DNA of 63,450 nt, filler included, from Polymyxa betae A26-41 (lineage: Eukaryota > Protista > Endomyxa: Phytomyxea): assembly GCA_003693705.1 (NCBI GenBank). It is 7 parts of 7 records of this genome, joined end to end, with 100 filler letters (N's around TTAATTAATTAA, not from the genome) between each part and the next. Parts side by side here need not be neighbours in the genome. Positions count along the whole stretch, not along the records: positions 29,573 to 51,669 come from RBZT01000276.1; positions 51,770 to 57,933 come from RBZT01000048.1; positions 58,034 to 63,450 come from RBZT01000802.1; 4 more parts are not named here. One strand, given 5' to 3'. A program made the translations under genes and the position numbers. A model generated the notes under the pieces. The model was given only the letters and a program-made list of their open reading frames with translations, was not told the origin of the DNA and made no database searches. Positions 49,551-61,511 of the stretch are shown here, piece by piece (positions within the stretch are counted from its first letter, which is position 1; every line of letters begins with the position of its first letter).

Positions 49551-50735
49551 TTCAGACTGCGATATCAGTGAGGATCAGCTAAAGGTTCATTATAGAGAGG
49601 AAAAGAGCTAAGCGCAGGAAATGCTGACGATTGCTCTGGCAAATTCACTCTACAACCTTCCGAAGTGTTGAAAGTCTGAAGACGACTTGTCTTCTGACAT
49701 GAACTACGAATATTGATCCTGAGGTTAGATAACCAATAACAGAATGCAATGTACTGATATGAGATGACAATTAAGGGAATGCGGATCCGATACATCGTAC
49801 ATTAATAGAACAAGATCACAATAAGGAACATCCTTAGTGATGCACTCCTGAACAAGGACTTTGTGCTGGCAACGGCGATCGTAACAGCTGGAATTGCAGC
49901 TTCTTCCTCCTCGTTCAGGGCCAATAGGTCCACGATAGACTGGTCCATGATGCGTCAGATTTCGTGAACGACGCGAGGGCGAAACTATGGGCCACCTTTC
50001 TATCTACGCGGATAATTTACGGACATTCAATATTTTTGTAAAGCGCAGATTCTGTCTGCCAAAATAAGGCGTAATTTACGGACATCCTTAACGCCAAAAC
50101 TAGACTGGCCCATATGCTCTTAAAACTGGTAACCACATTGTAACAGGATCCTTGAATGGTTAACAGCTTTCTCGCAACAAGCTTAGTGGAGGGCGTTATT
50201 TTTCAGAGTCAGAATGTCAAAAAATGACCCATCGGAGCTAAGCGCCCAGAGAATGATTCAGCCACAGTACCAACGTGGCCGCTAAGCAGCAGCCTCAGCT
50301 GTTTCCTAAGGTCGCGATGTCAACAATTTCGAACAAATTGCACGAGCAGTTGACTTACCTAGATAGCGTTATAATCGGGAGAGTATCCTTATCATCTTCC
50401 GAACTGTTGCCAATACTTCAACAACAGTTCGAATCTGTGACGGCGAAAAGGGGCTTTGTTCACTGCCCGTAAATTAATACAAACCTGTCATGAACACATT
50501 GAGTATAGCAAGGTATCAGAGGGAGAAGCGTTGCAGAAACACTTCCGCGAACAGTAGCGGCTTCTATTAAATTATGAAATCGAGTGCTGATGAAGGCTCC
50601 TGTTAAAACCACTGTGGAAAAACGTGTCGTTTGTAATGAAATACTGAAATCAATCCGCTTAATGGTTACACAAACGATTCGTGATGACGAGGAAAGCGAT
50701 GACGCGCCTCCTTCCTGAATCCTAACTACGATATA

Positions 50736-51510
50736 CCGTAGCGGTCATCTTAACTCTGTAATCTGTTTCAATTTGGATTCAAAAAAATGCGCACATTTAA
50801 AAGTGCGCAAAAAACCGCGTTTTGTGTTTATTGACTTAATTAACCGATCTCCATAATTCGAAGGGGAATTTTGCGATGTTCGCTGTATTTTTTCAATGCA
50901 TATTGGATTTGCTGGCAACTCAGGGTATTCCCTCCAGAATCCCTTATACGGTATGCGTCCATATATCGATAGGATTTTCTGGCGAATTTCCTGATTATGG
51001 AGATGCTCACACTATCAAGTGCTTTGGGAACCAAGTTGACATGGTCATTGAAGTTGAACGTACAATTAGCGCGACTCCACGCCTTTGCAGCTCCCCAGAA
51101 CATTTCGATATAATTGAACTCACAGTGATATTTGGGATAGTACTCAATGGAGCACCCTGATTCAGTCACTGCTTCTTCCAGCCATTCACGTTGCTCCATA
51201 AAATCTGTTGTCAAACATGAACCAACCATCGCATGCAGGATGCAATGCTTTCAAAATCGGAATCGCAGTTTTCTGGCTTCCTTCACATTTCAGGAGGCGT
51301 ACCATACATAGTCCACTTTCCTGTAAAACCCGCATAATTCCTTTAGAAGTAACGCCATCTTATATAACCATTTTTTGGGCCACACGGTTACCATTATGAT
51401 CTAGAAACCAACCATCTCTTATTAGTCGCTGGTTTGCACCGCCATCTCTCAAATTCATCTTGGAGGCAGATAAGGCATCAGGAGGCTTGGCGTAATGGTT
51501 TTGACTGCTG
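50736..51510 (-). mobile_element. IS630/Tc1-like transposon 3' fragment, same group as 32315-34963
   Basis: YPKYHCEFNYIEMFWGAAK...IRKFARKSYRYMDAYR; terminus TA|CCGTAGCGGTCATCTTAACTCT resembles the other element's TIR. Confidence 0.8.
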
Positions 51511-51669
51511 TGTGTAGTGAGGCTGTCTCACATTCAAGACAAATAGAACAACTGAGTCAATCGATGCTAATGATTGATCAGTGACATTGATCCATCGGAA
51601 GGTATCCGTGGAAAACCCTAACGTGACAGGGGGAGACCCGAAAGGGCTAAATCGCCACTGGGGGCCCAG

Positions 51670-51769
51670 NNNNNNNNNNNNNNNNNNNNNNNNNNNNNNN
51701 NNNNNNNNNNNNNTTAATTAATTAANNNNNNNNNNNNNNNNNNNNNNNNNNNNNNNNNNNNNNNNNNNN
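51670..51769. other. Artificial contig linker
   Basis: N-run, TTAATTAATTAA, N-run. Confidence 0.95.
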
Positions 51770-51852
51770 GTTTAATCTGTGGTATGGGTGGAAATGACGA
51801 AAAATTATCGTGGTAAATCAGCCACGATTTACTAACGGATTACCAATCTACT

Positions 51853-54800
51853 CGCCTCTGCTTCAACAGAACCAGCTCCTACGAGGCGTGAGCAATTTCA
51901 TGATCTGGAAGGACAGTTTGACGAGCAACCTGGCCTGTACCAATCTCAGCGCCCTCGTTTTCGGGCATAAGCGCTGCCCAGAGTCCGACTCGAGCGGACA
52001 TTGTCGTTGCCCTCAGGGCAGCGATTCCACTTTCCACGTTGCCGATCGCGCAGCCCTCGGGTATGTCCGCAATCAGCTGGACGGCTCACTCCTACCGGCT
52101 GCACGGCACCACGCTACAGCAGCATCCTTGATGCAGTCCCTCGAGGCAGAATACGGCGCAGCCCAGTCTGACCTCCGCGAGGCCTCGATCATGCAACTCA
52201 ACGACGAACTGGACAGTCTAAGGTTCCCCTCCAATCTTGCTCTGGTTGACAAATTGATCACTTCCGTGGATCGCATTCGATCCGAGCTGATAGATATTGT
52301 GATGAACGGGACTCGGACTGCGAATTGCGCGGAAATTGCCCGCCGACTCGTCAAAGCAGGAGGTTCTCCGGCGGAGAATGACTTGGACTGAGATCAAACA
52401 CGATCTCAAACTTGAGCGCAGCCTCCTTCGACGTGCGCCAACCAATTCAACTCCTTCATCCAATTCTCACAGCAAACCCTCGGACAATCTCTCTTGAACT
52501 TACTGCAAGAAGAGAAACCACGTTCGCGAAGATTGCAGAAAACGAAAAGCGGATGAATCTAAGCCGGGTCGCAACGACCGCACCGACTCCAAGCCTTCCA
52601 AAAAAGGCAAAGTCGGCTCCATTATCGATCAGGAAATTCAAAATAAACTGAACGAATTTGACGCCTATCCAAATCTCACTCCAAATGTTGAATTTTTGGT
52701 TGATAGCGGATGCACTAGTCACTCTACAGGAGATCGAAACGCTTTTTCCAGCTTCACTCCCTACAAAGACAGCAATCGCCGAGTACAAATGGCTGATAAT
52801 TCAGAAATATCAGTAGAAGGAACAGGTACTCCATAAAAACCGCGCCTTCGAAGAGCTCAGATTCAATTATATTGAATTTGAAAAACGTAAATTATATTCC
52901 GCAACTTTCTGGAAATTATTTTTCCGTAAGGGCGACTGCAGACAGCGGCATAATGCATGTTTCAATATGATCACGCGTTACTCTTCACAGCAGTCGAACA
53001 TAAACTCATTGCTGTTGGCAAACGTCGAGATGATCTTTACTACCTTTCTGGTACTTTAATCAATCCAAAATCACAGCAAATAAACAAAATTTGCATGACT
53101 GCTAATTCAGTTTCCGAAGCACTCTGGCATGCTCGCCTTGGTCACATTAGCAGAGATCGCTTGAAAGTCCTCTGGCGAAAGAACATGGCTAACGGCATGA
53201 AAGTAACTAATCGGAAAGATTTCCGCTGCGAATCATGCATCCATGGAAAAGGGACCCGAACTCCTTTCCGAACGCATTCAAAGAATGCGAGCGCGACCGA
53301 GACACTGGGACGAGTATCCACGGACCTTTGCGGACCCATGCGCCAAACTCCCGCATTTGACGGTGAGCTGTACGCAATGATCATACTCGACCAGTACTCT
53401 CACTATGCTGAAGTATTTTTCCTACGAGAAAAATCAGAAGCGCTCAATTTTTTCAAAATCTATCACAACAGAGTGACAAACTTGCATAGAAAAGGCATAA
53501 TTGCACTCCGTGTTGATGGAGGGGGTGAATTCAACTCCATCGAATTTTTAAAATTCCTGAATAAAAAGGGAATAAATTTAGAGCGAACAATGCCGCACAG
53601 TTTTCAGGAAAATCCATCCTCCGAAAGAATTAACCGCACAACCACGGACATGGCACGCTGTATGCTGCACTATGCAGGAGCTCCAAAAATATTTTGGCGA
53701 GAAGCCATGAAAATGGCCATCTATGTTCACAACAGAACCCCAACCAAAGCGCTAAACTCAAAGACTCCATACGAGACTTGGTTTGGTTCAAAACCCGATC
53801 TTTCCAACTTAAGAGTTTTTGGATGCACAGCCTACGCTATAATCCCAGAATCACAGCGTCACAAATTCGGTGATAGGGCCATAAATGTGTATTCCTTGGC
53901 TACTTAGACACGAGTTCTGGATACCTTCGTTTTGACATCAAAAATAACTCTTTTATTGAAAGTAGAGATGTCTGCTTTAATGAAGAAGAATTTCAATTCC
54001 ACGAATTCGATCAAACAGACCCTTTATTCGATTTCGAATTCGAAAATGCGGCTGATGATGATTATGTCGAAACTGGAATTATCGACCAAATCTCAGGAAG
54101 CAGGCCCCAAGTTGAAGACAGAGAAAATGATCACCTCTCTAACAGTATTCACCATACATCTTCAAATACAGGCCTAGCCCCAATTTCTGGTGTCTTAATA
54201 AACAATGCAGAACTTCCCCTGACCTCTACCGGTGGTTCCGGAGATGATCACGGAGTCCCCAATTCCACGGACAGCCACCCTGATGAAGGGACGCGGCGCT
54301 CAAACCGCAAACGAAGGCAGCGCGACTTGGGACCTTACCTCGACAGTCGAAACTTGGCCATCCACTCCGTTACGGACATTTCCAGGTTCACGTCGGAGAA
54401 AATCCCAGTCCCTCGCTCAATCACTGAGGCCAGATCCGGCCCATATGCCAATGAGTGGACGCAGGCGATAGAATCGGAACTTGCCTCACACGCCGAAAAC
54501 GGAACTTGGTCTCTGGTGGACGCACCGGAAAGAGTAACGTAATAGGCTCAATGTGGGTGTTCAAAGTCATATACGATCCAACTACAGGAGCAGTTGATCG
54601 ATTCAAAGCGCGCTTAGTTGCGCGAGGAGACTCACAGCAACATGGAATAAATTCCGACGAGACATATGCGCCAGTCGCTCACTTTACGTCTTTTCGCGTA
54701 CTGATCGCAATGGCTGCGCATCTGGACCTTGATCTCGAGCATGTTGACATTACAACAGCATACCTATACGGTACAATCGATACTGAAATATTCATGAAAC

Positions 54801-55345
54801 AGCCCCCAGGCTGTAAAGCCAAAGGCAACACTCAAAAAGTTTGCAAATTAAATAAATCCATCTACGGATTAAAGCAAGCTGGTCGAATTTGGAATTCAAC
54901 TTTCCACAATTTTTTATTAGAATGTGGCCTAGTCCGTTGCATTTCTGACGAATGCGTGTACGGGCTAAGCTTGTCCAACGGCAAAACTTTCATTGTACTA
55001 CTATATGTAGATGATTTGATAGTCGCCAGTGACTCAAAAACAGCCGTAGGCGAATTAAAACAGCGTATTCAAGAGCGGTTTAAAGTCAAAATCCTAGGGC
55101 CCCTCAAATCCTATTTAAACATTGAGGTAATACGGGACCGCCCCAATAGGAAAATCTGGCTAAAACAAACCCAATGTACTGAAGACATACTGTCAGATTT
55201 CGCAATGCATGACTGCAATCCAATTCGCATGCCGGAAATAGCCAGCACACGTCTGCACTCAGGACAAAGTCCGAAGTCAGATACTGAAATCGAACTGATG
55301 GCGAAGAAGCCATACCGCGCCGCAGTCGGATCGCTAATATACTTA
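51853..55345 (+). mobile_element. Ty1/Copia element (gag, protease, GAG-pre-integrase, integrase, RT), frameshifted and truncated before RNase H; same family as 29825-32071
   Basis: Gag near-identical to the other copy; FLVDSGCTSH; LWHARLGH, CESC, TDLCGP, LRVDGGGEF, ERINRT, LRVFGC; FKARLVARG, LYVDDL. Confidence 0.93.
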
Positions 55346-55580
55346 GGGCTACTATTAAATTGACCTACGATTGCTCTACGCTCTACGGATTGATCTACTC
55401 CGCGCACTTTTGATTTTGCTATACTAATTGATCTATTTTCACGGAAATGATCTACAAAATGATCTACTTCCTTGGAAATGATCTATTTTTGACCTACTCC
55501 ACGGACAGTTATCTGCGACCTACAAAATGATCTACTATCGCCAATTTGATCTACAAATTGATCTACTAAACCCTAACCAG
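55345..55580. repeat. Array of TGATCTA(C)/GACCTAC motifs, probable terminus of a DNA transposon interrupting the Copia RT
   Basis: Starts TAGGGCTACTATT exactly where RT homology stops; about a dozen GA(T/C)CTA(C) motifs; ends at AAACCCTAACC. Confidence 0.65.
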
Positions 55581-55780
55581 GCTGTTTTCAGTCGTCATTT
55601 ATTATAGTGCCCCCCTTTTATTGTCAGTTTAGGGATGTGCCAATTGTGTCGTTTGTCTCCTACGTGAACAAAGGCTTTACAATTGAGAGCACAATTGAAT
55701 TATGATTATTTGCAAGGATTCCAGGCCCCAAGGTCTCGTCCAGGCCGGCCGGGTTTCGGACTCACGGAGGCCGGAAGGTG

Positions 55781-55902
55781 NNNNNNNNNNNNNNNNNNNN
55801 NNNNNNNNNNNNNNNNNNNNNNNNNNNNNNNNNNNNNNNNNNNNNNNNNNNNNNNNNNNNNNNNNNNNNNNNNNNNNNNNNNNNNNNNNNNNNNNNNNNN
55901 NN
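55781..55902. other. Scaffold gap
   Basis: Plain N-run without linker motif. Confidence 0.95.
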
Positions 55903-57933
55903 GTGAGACAACCATACTACACACAATTGATGTTTCAACCCTTGGTCTCCTATTTTGATTATGGTCAGACTCAGACAGAAGACTCAACATTCCACGACCA
56001 ACCGTGAAAAACTCTGCGAAGTTCGTCACTGCGAGAGCGTGCATTGACCTGAGCTGTCCGGGTGCGTTTGTTACCACGTGCAGGGTTTGATCTACGGATG
56101 CGATCTTGTGCCCTGGTATTGGGCCGCTAATGTGACAATTTAAGTCAGCCATTCGAATGATATTAATCTTTCACAGAATTACTCTCTGTGCGAAGAGGTT
56201 GTCGTTCACAAACGTGGCAACCATTGGATCCTGCCGCAACATTTCTTGATGGTTCATAACAGATTTGCGTATTCGGTCAGAAAAACGCATTCCAGTGCCG
56301 TCAATTCGCGAAGGTATCACGCAAAATGAAGAAATTGGCCGCATCAGAGGTTCCGAAGTGTGATCAAGTTGGATATTAGCATTAGCACAGTCAGAAATTG
56401 AGATTTGGAGATTGTCAGGAATACTTTGTGCTCCGGGGTTAGAACATCGCCCGTACTCAGATCAAAACAGACTTCAATGCCACGCTCCTGAATCTGTTCC
56501 TCGCTGTACACCTAATGGCAATCATTGAATGCATATCCTTTCGACTCAGATAGAGTTTCTCATTTCAAAAATGATGGCATGTTTTCCATTCTCCGGCTCA
56601 CCAACCCTGAAACCTGGCCTCCAATAAAATTTTTTATCCCCTGCTCGGATTTCTAAACTATAAAAGGCGTCAATATTCCAGAAAATTGCATACTCTCAAT
56701 ACCGACTTTTTTGGCGCAGTATCGACCCTGGAACGCCTAATCCTGTCCCGCTCTTGACATTCTCTCAGCACTCTCTGCAGACACTCTACATATTTTCTGT
56801 ATGATAGTCCTCATGTCATTGTCGCGTACGTACCTGATCTATCCGTCTGATAACCAGATGATTCAGCACCATTATGCTGCTGAGTTAGAGAGGCAATTTC
56901 GCCGCCTTCTATTGATGTTCTGAAATTAGGTCTGAGAAAGTGCGATACCTCTTGATACCTTGTTGAAATGGCAAAGATTCGCCCCTTTCAGCTTCTTCGA
57001 GCCTAGAGTCCGGCGTATCGCCATTGGCGAATTCACCTCTTTCACAGGTCTTGGCAATCACAGCTGTAGTAGAAGTATTAATTTCTTAACAATACCAAAA
57101 CAAAGGGCAATTATCAACGTCACAAAAGAATATTGCTGTACCTTGCTCTGGCTGTATGATATGCTCGACAGACGTTAAGAGACCGACGAATGGTCGGGGC
57201 CATGCATATTCAGAATTTTCCCGAATAATATTGGGCGAGCAACATGACTCGGAGCGAATGCCTGTTGCAATAAAGACTTTCTTTAAAGTAGCAAATTTTC
57301 GTTCGGAGTATATCACCAATAGAAAAAGCCAAGCCTAGAAAACTTTAGTCCCCAGACCATATCGGATTCTTGGCTGTGAGCGTCACGGGAGGGAGCGGAC
57401 AAATTTCCCATATGCTGTTTGATTACAGAAATCGGACCCATCAATAATTGCTCGGTAGAAACAGAGCCAGCTGCCTGACGGACCAGTTTCGGACGTCTTG
57501 TCGAAATGTTGAGCTCCTCTGCCGAACTTAAGAGTAATGCTCTTGGGTAGTCCGTAGAAGAAATTTTGGACGCATTATCCATTCCTAAAATGTTCTCAAT
57601 ATCACATGGGTCATCTACGAAAGATTGTGTTCATCAACCAACAAAACTGCATTCACCGGAATTTCGACAATTGACATTTGGCTCGTTATGATTTCCATTC
57701 GGACAATCAGAGACTGATGCAATGTCACGGCCAGGCCGTGTTTGAAGTCCGCCAAGCCCATTCTCAGGTTGGAGGAGAAGCTCAATACCTTTGACAACGA
57801 TTACAAAAGCGACATCCATTACTGAAATAGGTGATGCTGAAAAAGGAAGGTCCCCCGACCGACGAGTCAAAACCCGATTACCTTCGGAGCCCATAGTTAG
57901 AATTTCCTGATCCGCATTAACGATATCGGCAAC

Positions 57934-58033
57934 NNNNNNNNNNNNNNNNNNNNNNNNNNNNNNNNNNNNNNNNNNNNTTAATTAATTAANNNNNNNNNNN
58001 NNNNNNNNNNNNNNNNNNNNNNNNNNNNNNNNN
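57934..58033. other. Artificial contig linker
   Basis: N-run, TTAATTAATTAA, N-run. Confidence 0.95.
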
Positions 58034-58278
58034 TACAATAATCAAAAAATGACAAACCCTAATCCAAAAATGACGCATTAAAAGACCTTAAAAAAGGTTC
58101 CAAAAATGACGCATTAAAAGACCTTAAAGACCTTTTTTAAGGTCTTTTAATGCGTCATTTTTGGATTAGGGACTATTAACAGGTCTTTTAATGCGTCATT
58201 TTTGGATTAGGGTTTGTCATTTTTGGATTAGGGTTTGTCATTTTTGAAAAATCTTTTGTCATTTTTTGATTATTGTAT
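58034..58278. repeat. Foldback (inverted) repeat cluster at contig start
   Basis: TACAATAATCAAAAAATGACAAA is mirrored by TTTGTCATTTTTTGATTATTGTA; CCAAAAATGACGCATTAAAAGACC occurs twice forward and twice reverse. Confidence 0.8.
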
Positions 58279-59371
58279 GTGTGGTCTCCTTGTTGGGTGT
58301 ACTACCGGAGGCCGTCTATGAAGATATTCTGCGTCTGCGTAAAGAGCTGCATTTTTTTCTCTAAATTTGACGTCAACACAAGCAGCCGAGGCCAGAAAAC
58401 AAGGAATGAGGTGGTCGCACATTTGGAGAATCATTTCAAGGAAGGAAGTGAAAAAACAGGATCTGCAAAATGATTGAAATAGATGTTCAAAAGGTCTTCA
58501 TATCTACTGGCTCGGAAACGGTACATTTCGACCTTTCCGCTGATCGTTGACCAACATACAGGCTAACGAACTCGAAAATGAGATCAGGTGTGAAGCGAAC
58601 AAACAATGGATTGAAAAAAAACATATACGTTCTCCAGGCATGATATCGATGATATGAACAAGGACGATCATTTAAAAAGAGTATCATCAATCGCATCACA
58701 ATCATCTGGAAATGATCAAAAGTTTCAGAAGCATTCATGAGCAAGAGTTCTTTGATGGGTTTCCAGGAACTCCAGCGAATGCATACCCTGATGACCTCAG
58801 CGATGCATACAATGGAGACAGCAACGTCGAGGCCATGGAAACAGATCCAGATGATTTAGCCAGCTGTGTGGAAAGTGCCTTCAGTTCCGAAACCTATCAG
58901 CACTCTTTAGACAGATGGAGCTTCCATGCTGAATCCAGCATAGATTCTGAACCTGACGACAACGACAATTTCAATGCCATTAACGATACTCAATTCACAT
59001 TCGATAAACGTGTGGCCAAGCAAATGATGAGCGCTCGGGCATTATTACAACCCTCATCTATCGTTCAGGAGAACCAAATGGCAGAAATTGGCGTTGAAAC
59101 TGCAAAGCACCTACAAAATATCAAGATTAAGGTTATGCAGTTTGCTGATCAAGCGTAAGGATCAGGTGTCAACAGCAAGAACTTCGACGAGTTATTGCCG
59201 TCTTATCTATTGGCATTATCGACAGGTACAGATCTAGTTACCGGAAACGACACCTCATTATACGAAAGCTTCCCGCAAAACTAGAAGGAAGCCAGGAAGT
59301 TGAGTCTCCGAGACATATTCCTGCAATTACAGCCAAGTTTTGCATTGCAATGTTGCCCAGAATTTGAGGAC

Positions 59372-59591
59372 TGAGACAGGGCGAGGAAGAATAAACGAAG
59401 GCTACTGAGAAGCAGGAGAACACGACTTAATAAGAATCGAATAGATTCGAGAATGGTTGTATTTCAATAAACAGAGAAAGCAAAGGTTCGAATTTGTGAG
59501 TCACGAAACTTGAGTCAACAGGAACTTGGGATTGATGGTAGATGACTCATGAGGTAGCTCGGAAGCTGAACGGAAGTAGTGAATCATGAAA
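59372..59591 (-). repeat. Possible 3' LTR of the minus-strand chromovirus
   Basis: Removing the solo LTR gives minus strand ...CCTCGTCTAGAAGTTGGGTAT-TTTCATGA...TGTCTCA, which resembles a decayed PPT followed by an LTR. Confidence 0.35.
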
Positions 59592-59618
59592 ATACCCAAC
59601 TTCTAGACGAGGGGGTAC

Positions 59619-59927
59619 TGCCAAGGCCTGTGTCCCTGCCAGAGTCCCAGGTGACGAATCAATAGGCGCAACCCAATCCTCGGAGTGTGTAACCTATAGT
59701 GGAGTAGAACATTCCAAAGAACCCTCGAGCTTCCACCAGTCCATTCCAGCGACCAGCAACTTGCAAGATTCCTGGAACGTTCCTAGAAACTATTTAACGC
59801 CTGATTATAGCGTAACATAGATCATTCCGATTACCGCTTTTCGCTTCTACATCAAACCTTGAACTCAGTCTCTGCTGACGCCTTCGATTTGGACCCCAAA
59901 CGTATCATACTCGACCAGACCCTAACA
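59619..59927. mobile_element. Solo LTR (309 bp) with 5-bp GGTAC flanking duplication
   Basis: TG...CA ends; GGTAC at 59614-59618 and 59928-59932. Confidence 0.65.
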
Positions 59928-59932
59928 GGTAC

Positions 59933-60833
59933 CAGACGTTCGAGAGGGCTGTGAGGTGGTGAAGGCTGGACAGGGAAGATCGGCGTGGAGTCGATGGAAT
60001 TCGGCGACAAGGCCCGGAAAGCCTGTAGCGATGACTTCGGCAGGTTCCCATGAACGGTAAGCAGGATCATAACCTTGCCAATCAGTAAGATACTGGAGCT
60101 TGGAACGACAATAGCGGGAGTCCAGAAAAGCGTTGACCAGGTAGTGAGGTGTCAGGGACGGGTCGTTGACAACGAAGGCAGGGTGACGTGGACGTTGGAC
60201 ACGGTGAGGGATGGTGTTGGGAACGTGAGGGGTGAGGAGAGACTGGTGAAAGACAGGGTGGATCTTCATGGATGGCGGGAGGTCGAATTCAACTGTAACA
60301 GGACCAAAAACTCGTTTGATGTTGAAGGGGCCAATCTTGCGGAACGAAAGTTTGGGGTAGGGACGGGCGGAGGGGATGTTAGAGGTTGATAACTACACAC
60401 GGTCACTAACGGAGTAGGTAGGGGCAGGAGCACGATGACGATCAGCATAGTCTTGATAGCGTTGCTGGGCGACGGAGATCTGGTCGCGGAGCCAGGAGTG
60501 GAGCTCGGAGAGGGACTTGGCGTAAGATTCNNCATAGTCTTGATAGCGTTGCTGGGCGACGGAGATCTGGTCGCGGAGCCAGGAGTGGAGCTCGGAGAGG
60601 GACTTGGCGTAAGATTCAGCACGAGGAACTTGGACAGTAGAGGGGATAGCAGGACGAATTTTTAGGATGATAACCACGAAGCACGAAGAACGGGGACATA
60701 CCAGTAGCGGCATGTTGAGAGTTGCTGTAGGAGAATTCGGCGAGAGGACGGAGCTGAGACCAGTCGGATTGGCGGTAGGAGTGTGTAACAGTGGAGGCAC
60801 TGCTCGAGGACTTGGTTGAGGCGTTCGGTTTGA
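59933..60833 (-). mobile_element. Ty3/Gypsy chromovirus integrase C-terminal half plus chromodomain, frameshifted
   Basis: [11 protein letters not shown]; [27 protein letters not shown]; AQQRYQDYADRHR; IHPVFHQSLL; YLVNAFLDSR....LQYLTDWQGY....SWEP. Confidence 0.9.
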
Positions 60834-61246
60834 TGTCATGCCCATTGAGCATGACAGTACGCGCAGCCTAAGTGAGGGGCAGCGCAGAGGGCTGCGCCCC
60901 AGCTGACGACTCCTATAGGGGAAGAGCTCTAACAGCCACGGACTGCGCGGGTCCTCTCGTCTCCTAACTATGAAGTATGAATGGCGACGAGCGGCCTCCA
61001 CGCAACCATTCCGTTCAACTCCAAAATTCATACGTTTCTCATCTCGTCTCTGACTCTCTATTGCTTCGTTCTCTCGCCTCGCCTCACCTCCGACTTCTCT
61101 CCGACTTTCGTCTCAGCTTCGCCTCCGTCTCACCTGCACCGCTCCGCTCTTCCTACGCTCCACTCCAATCCTCTCACCGCTCCACTCCGATCCTTTCTCC
61201 GCTCCACTCCGTGCCCCGCAGCTCCGCCTCCGAGGACTCCCTAACA
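60834..61246. repeat. LTR-like insertion
   Basis: Starts TGTCATG where integrase homology breaks, has a pyrimidine-rich CTCCG-repeat interior and ends CCTAACA; no TSD found. Confidence 0.45.
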
Positions 61247-61511
61247 TCGCTCCGTTGCAGGACACCGGTCCCTGCTTCCTACCCTCCGTTCCAGAGTCAT
61301 CGCACTAAAGTAACGGGAACGCTGGTAACGCAGAGATTGCTCTTGCAACACACAAAAGAGAATGAATGCATTGCTTGGAAGCACAAATTCTTAAGTAAGT
61401 ATCGGAATGTTCCGATACGTATGGTGGAAGCCCTTTCTACTGATAAGAATGGCTCACGCAGTCTCGCACTTTATGATCCTCACTCTGGAAGGTTCCGGGC
61501 AGCTGGCAACA

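Noticed and set aside
49800-50110. Possible Harbinger 5' end (GGGCC terminus, TAATTTACGGACAT twice, acidic N-terminal peptide)
   Set aside because: No partner TIR or catalytic motif to support it.
7231-58033. Six identical TTAATTAATTAA palindromes
   Set aside because: Each is centred in N-runs totalling 100 nt. They are assembly linkers, so adjacency across them has no biological meaning.
58273-59350. Possible transposon ORF remnant (Cys/His N-terminus, acidic middle)
   Set aside because: No diagnostic motif recognised; too fragmentary to name.
60446-60618. Perfect ~85-bp tandem duplication in the integrase
   Set aside because: The copies are separated by NN, typical of an unmerged contig overlap.
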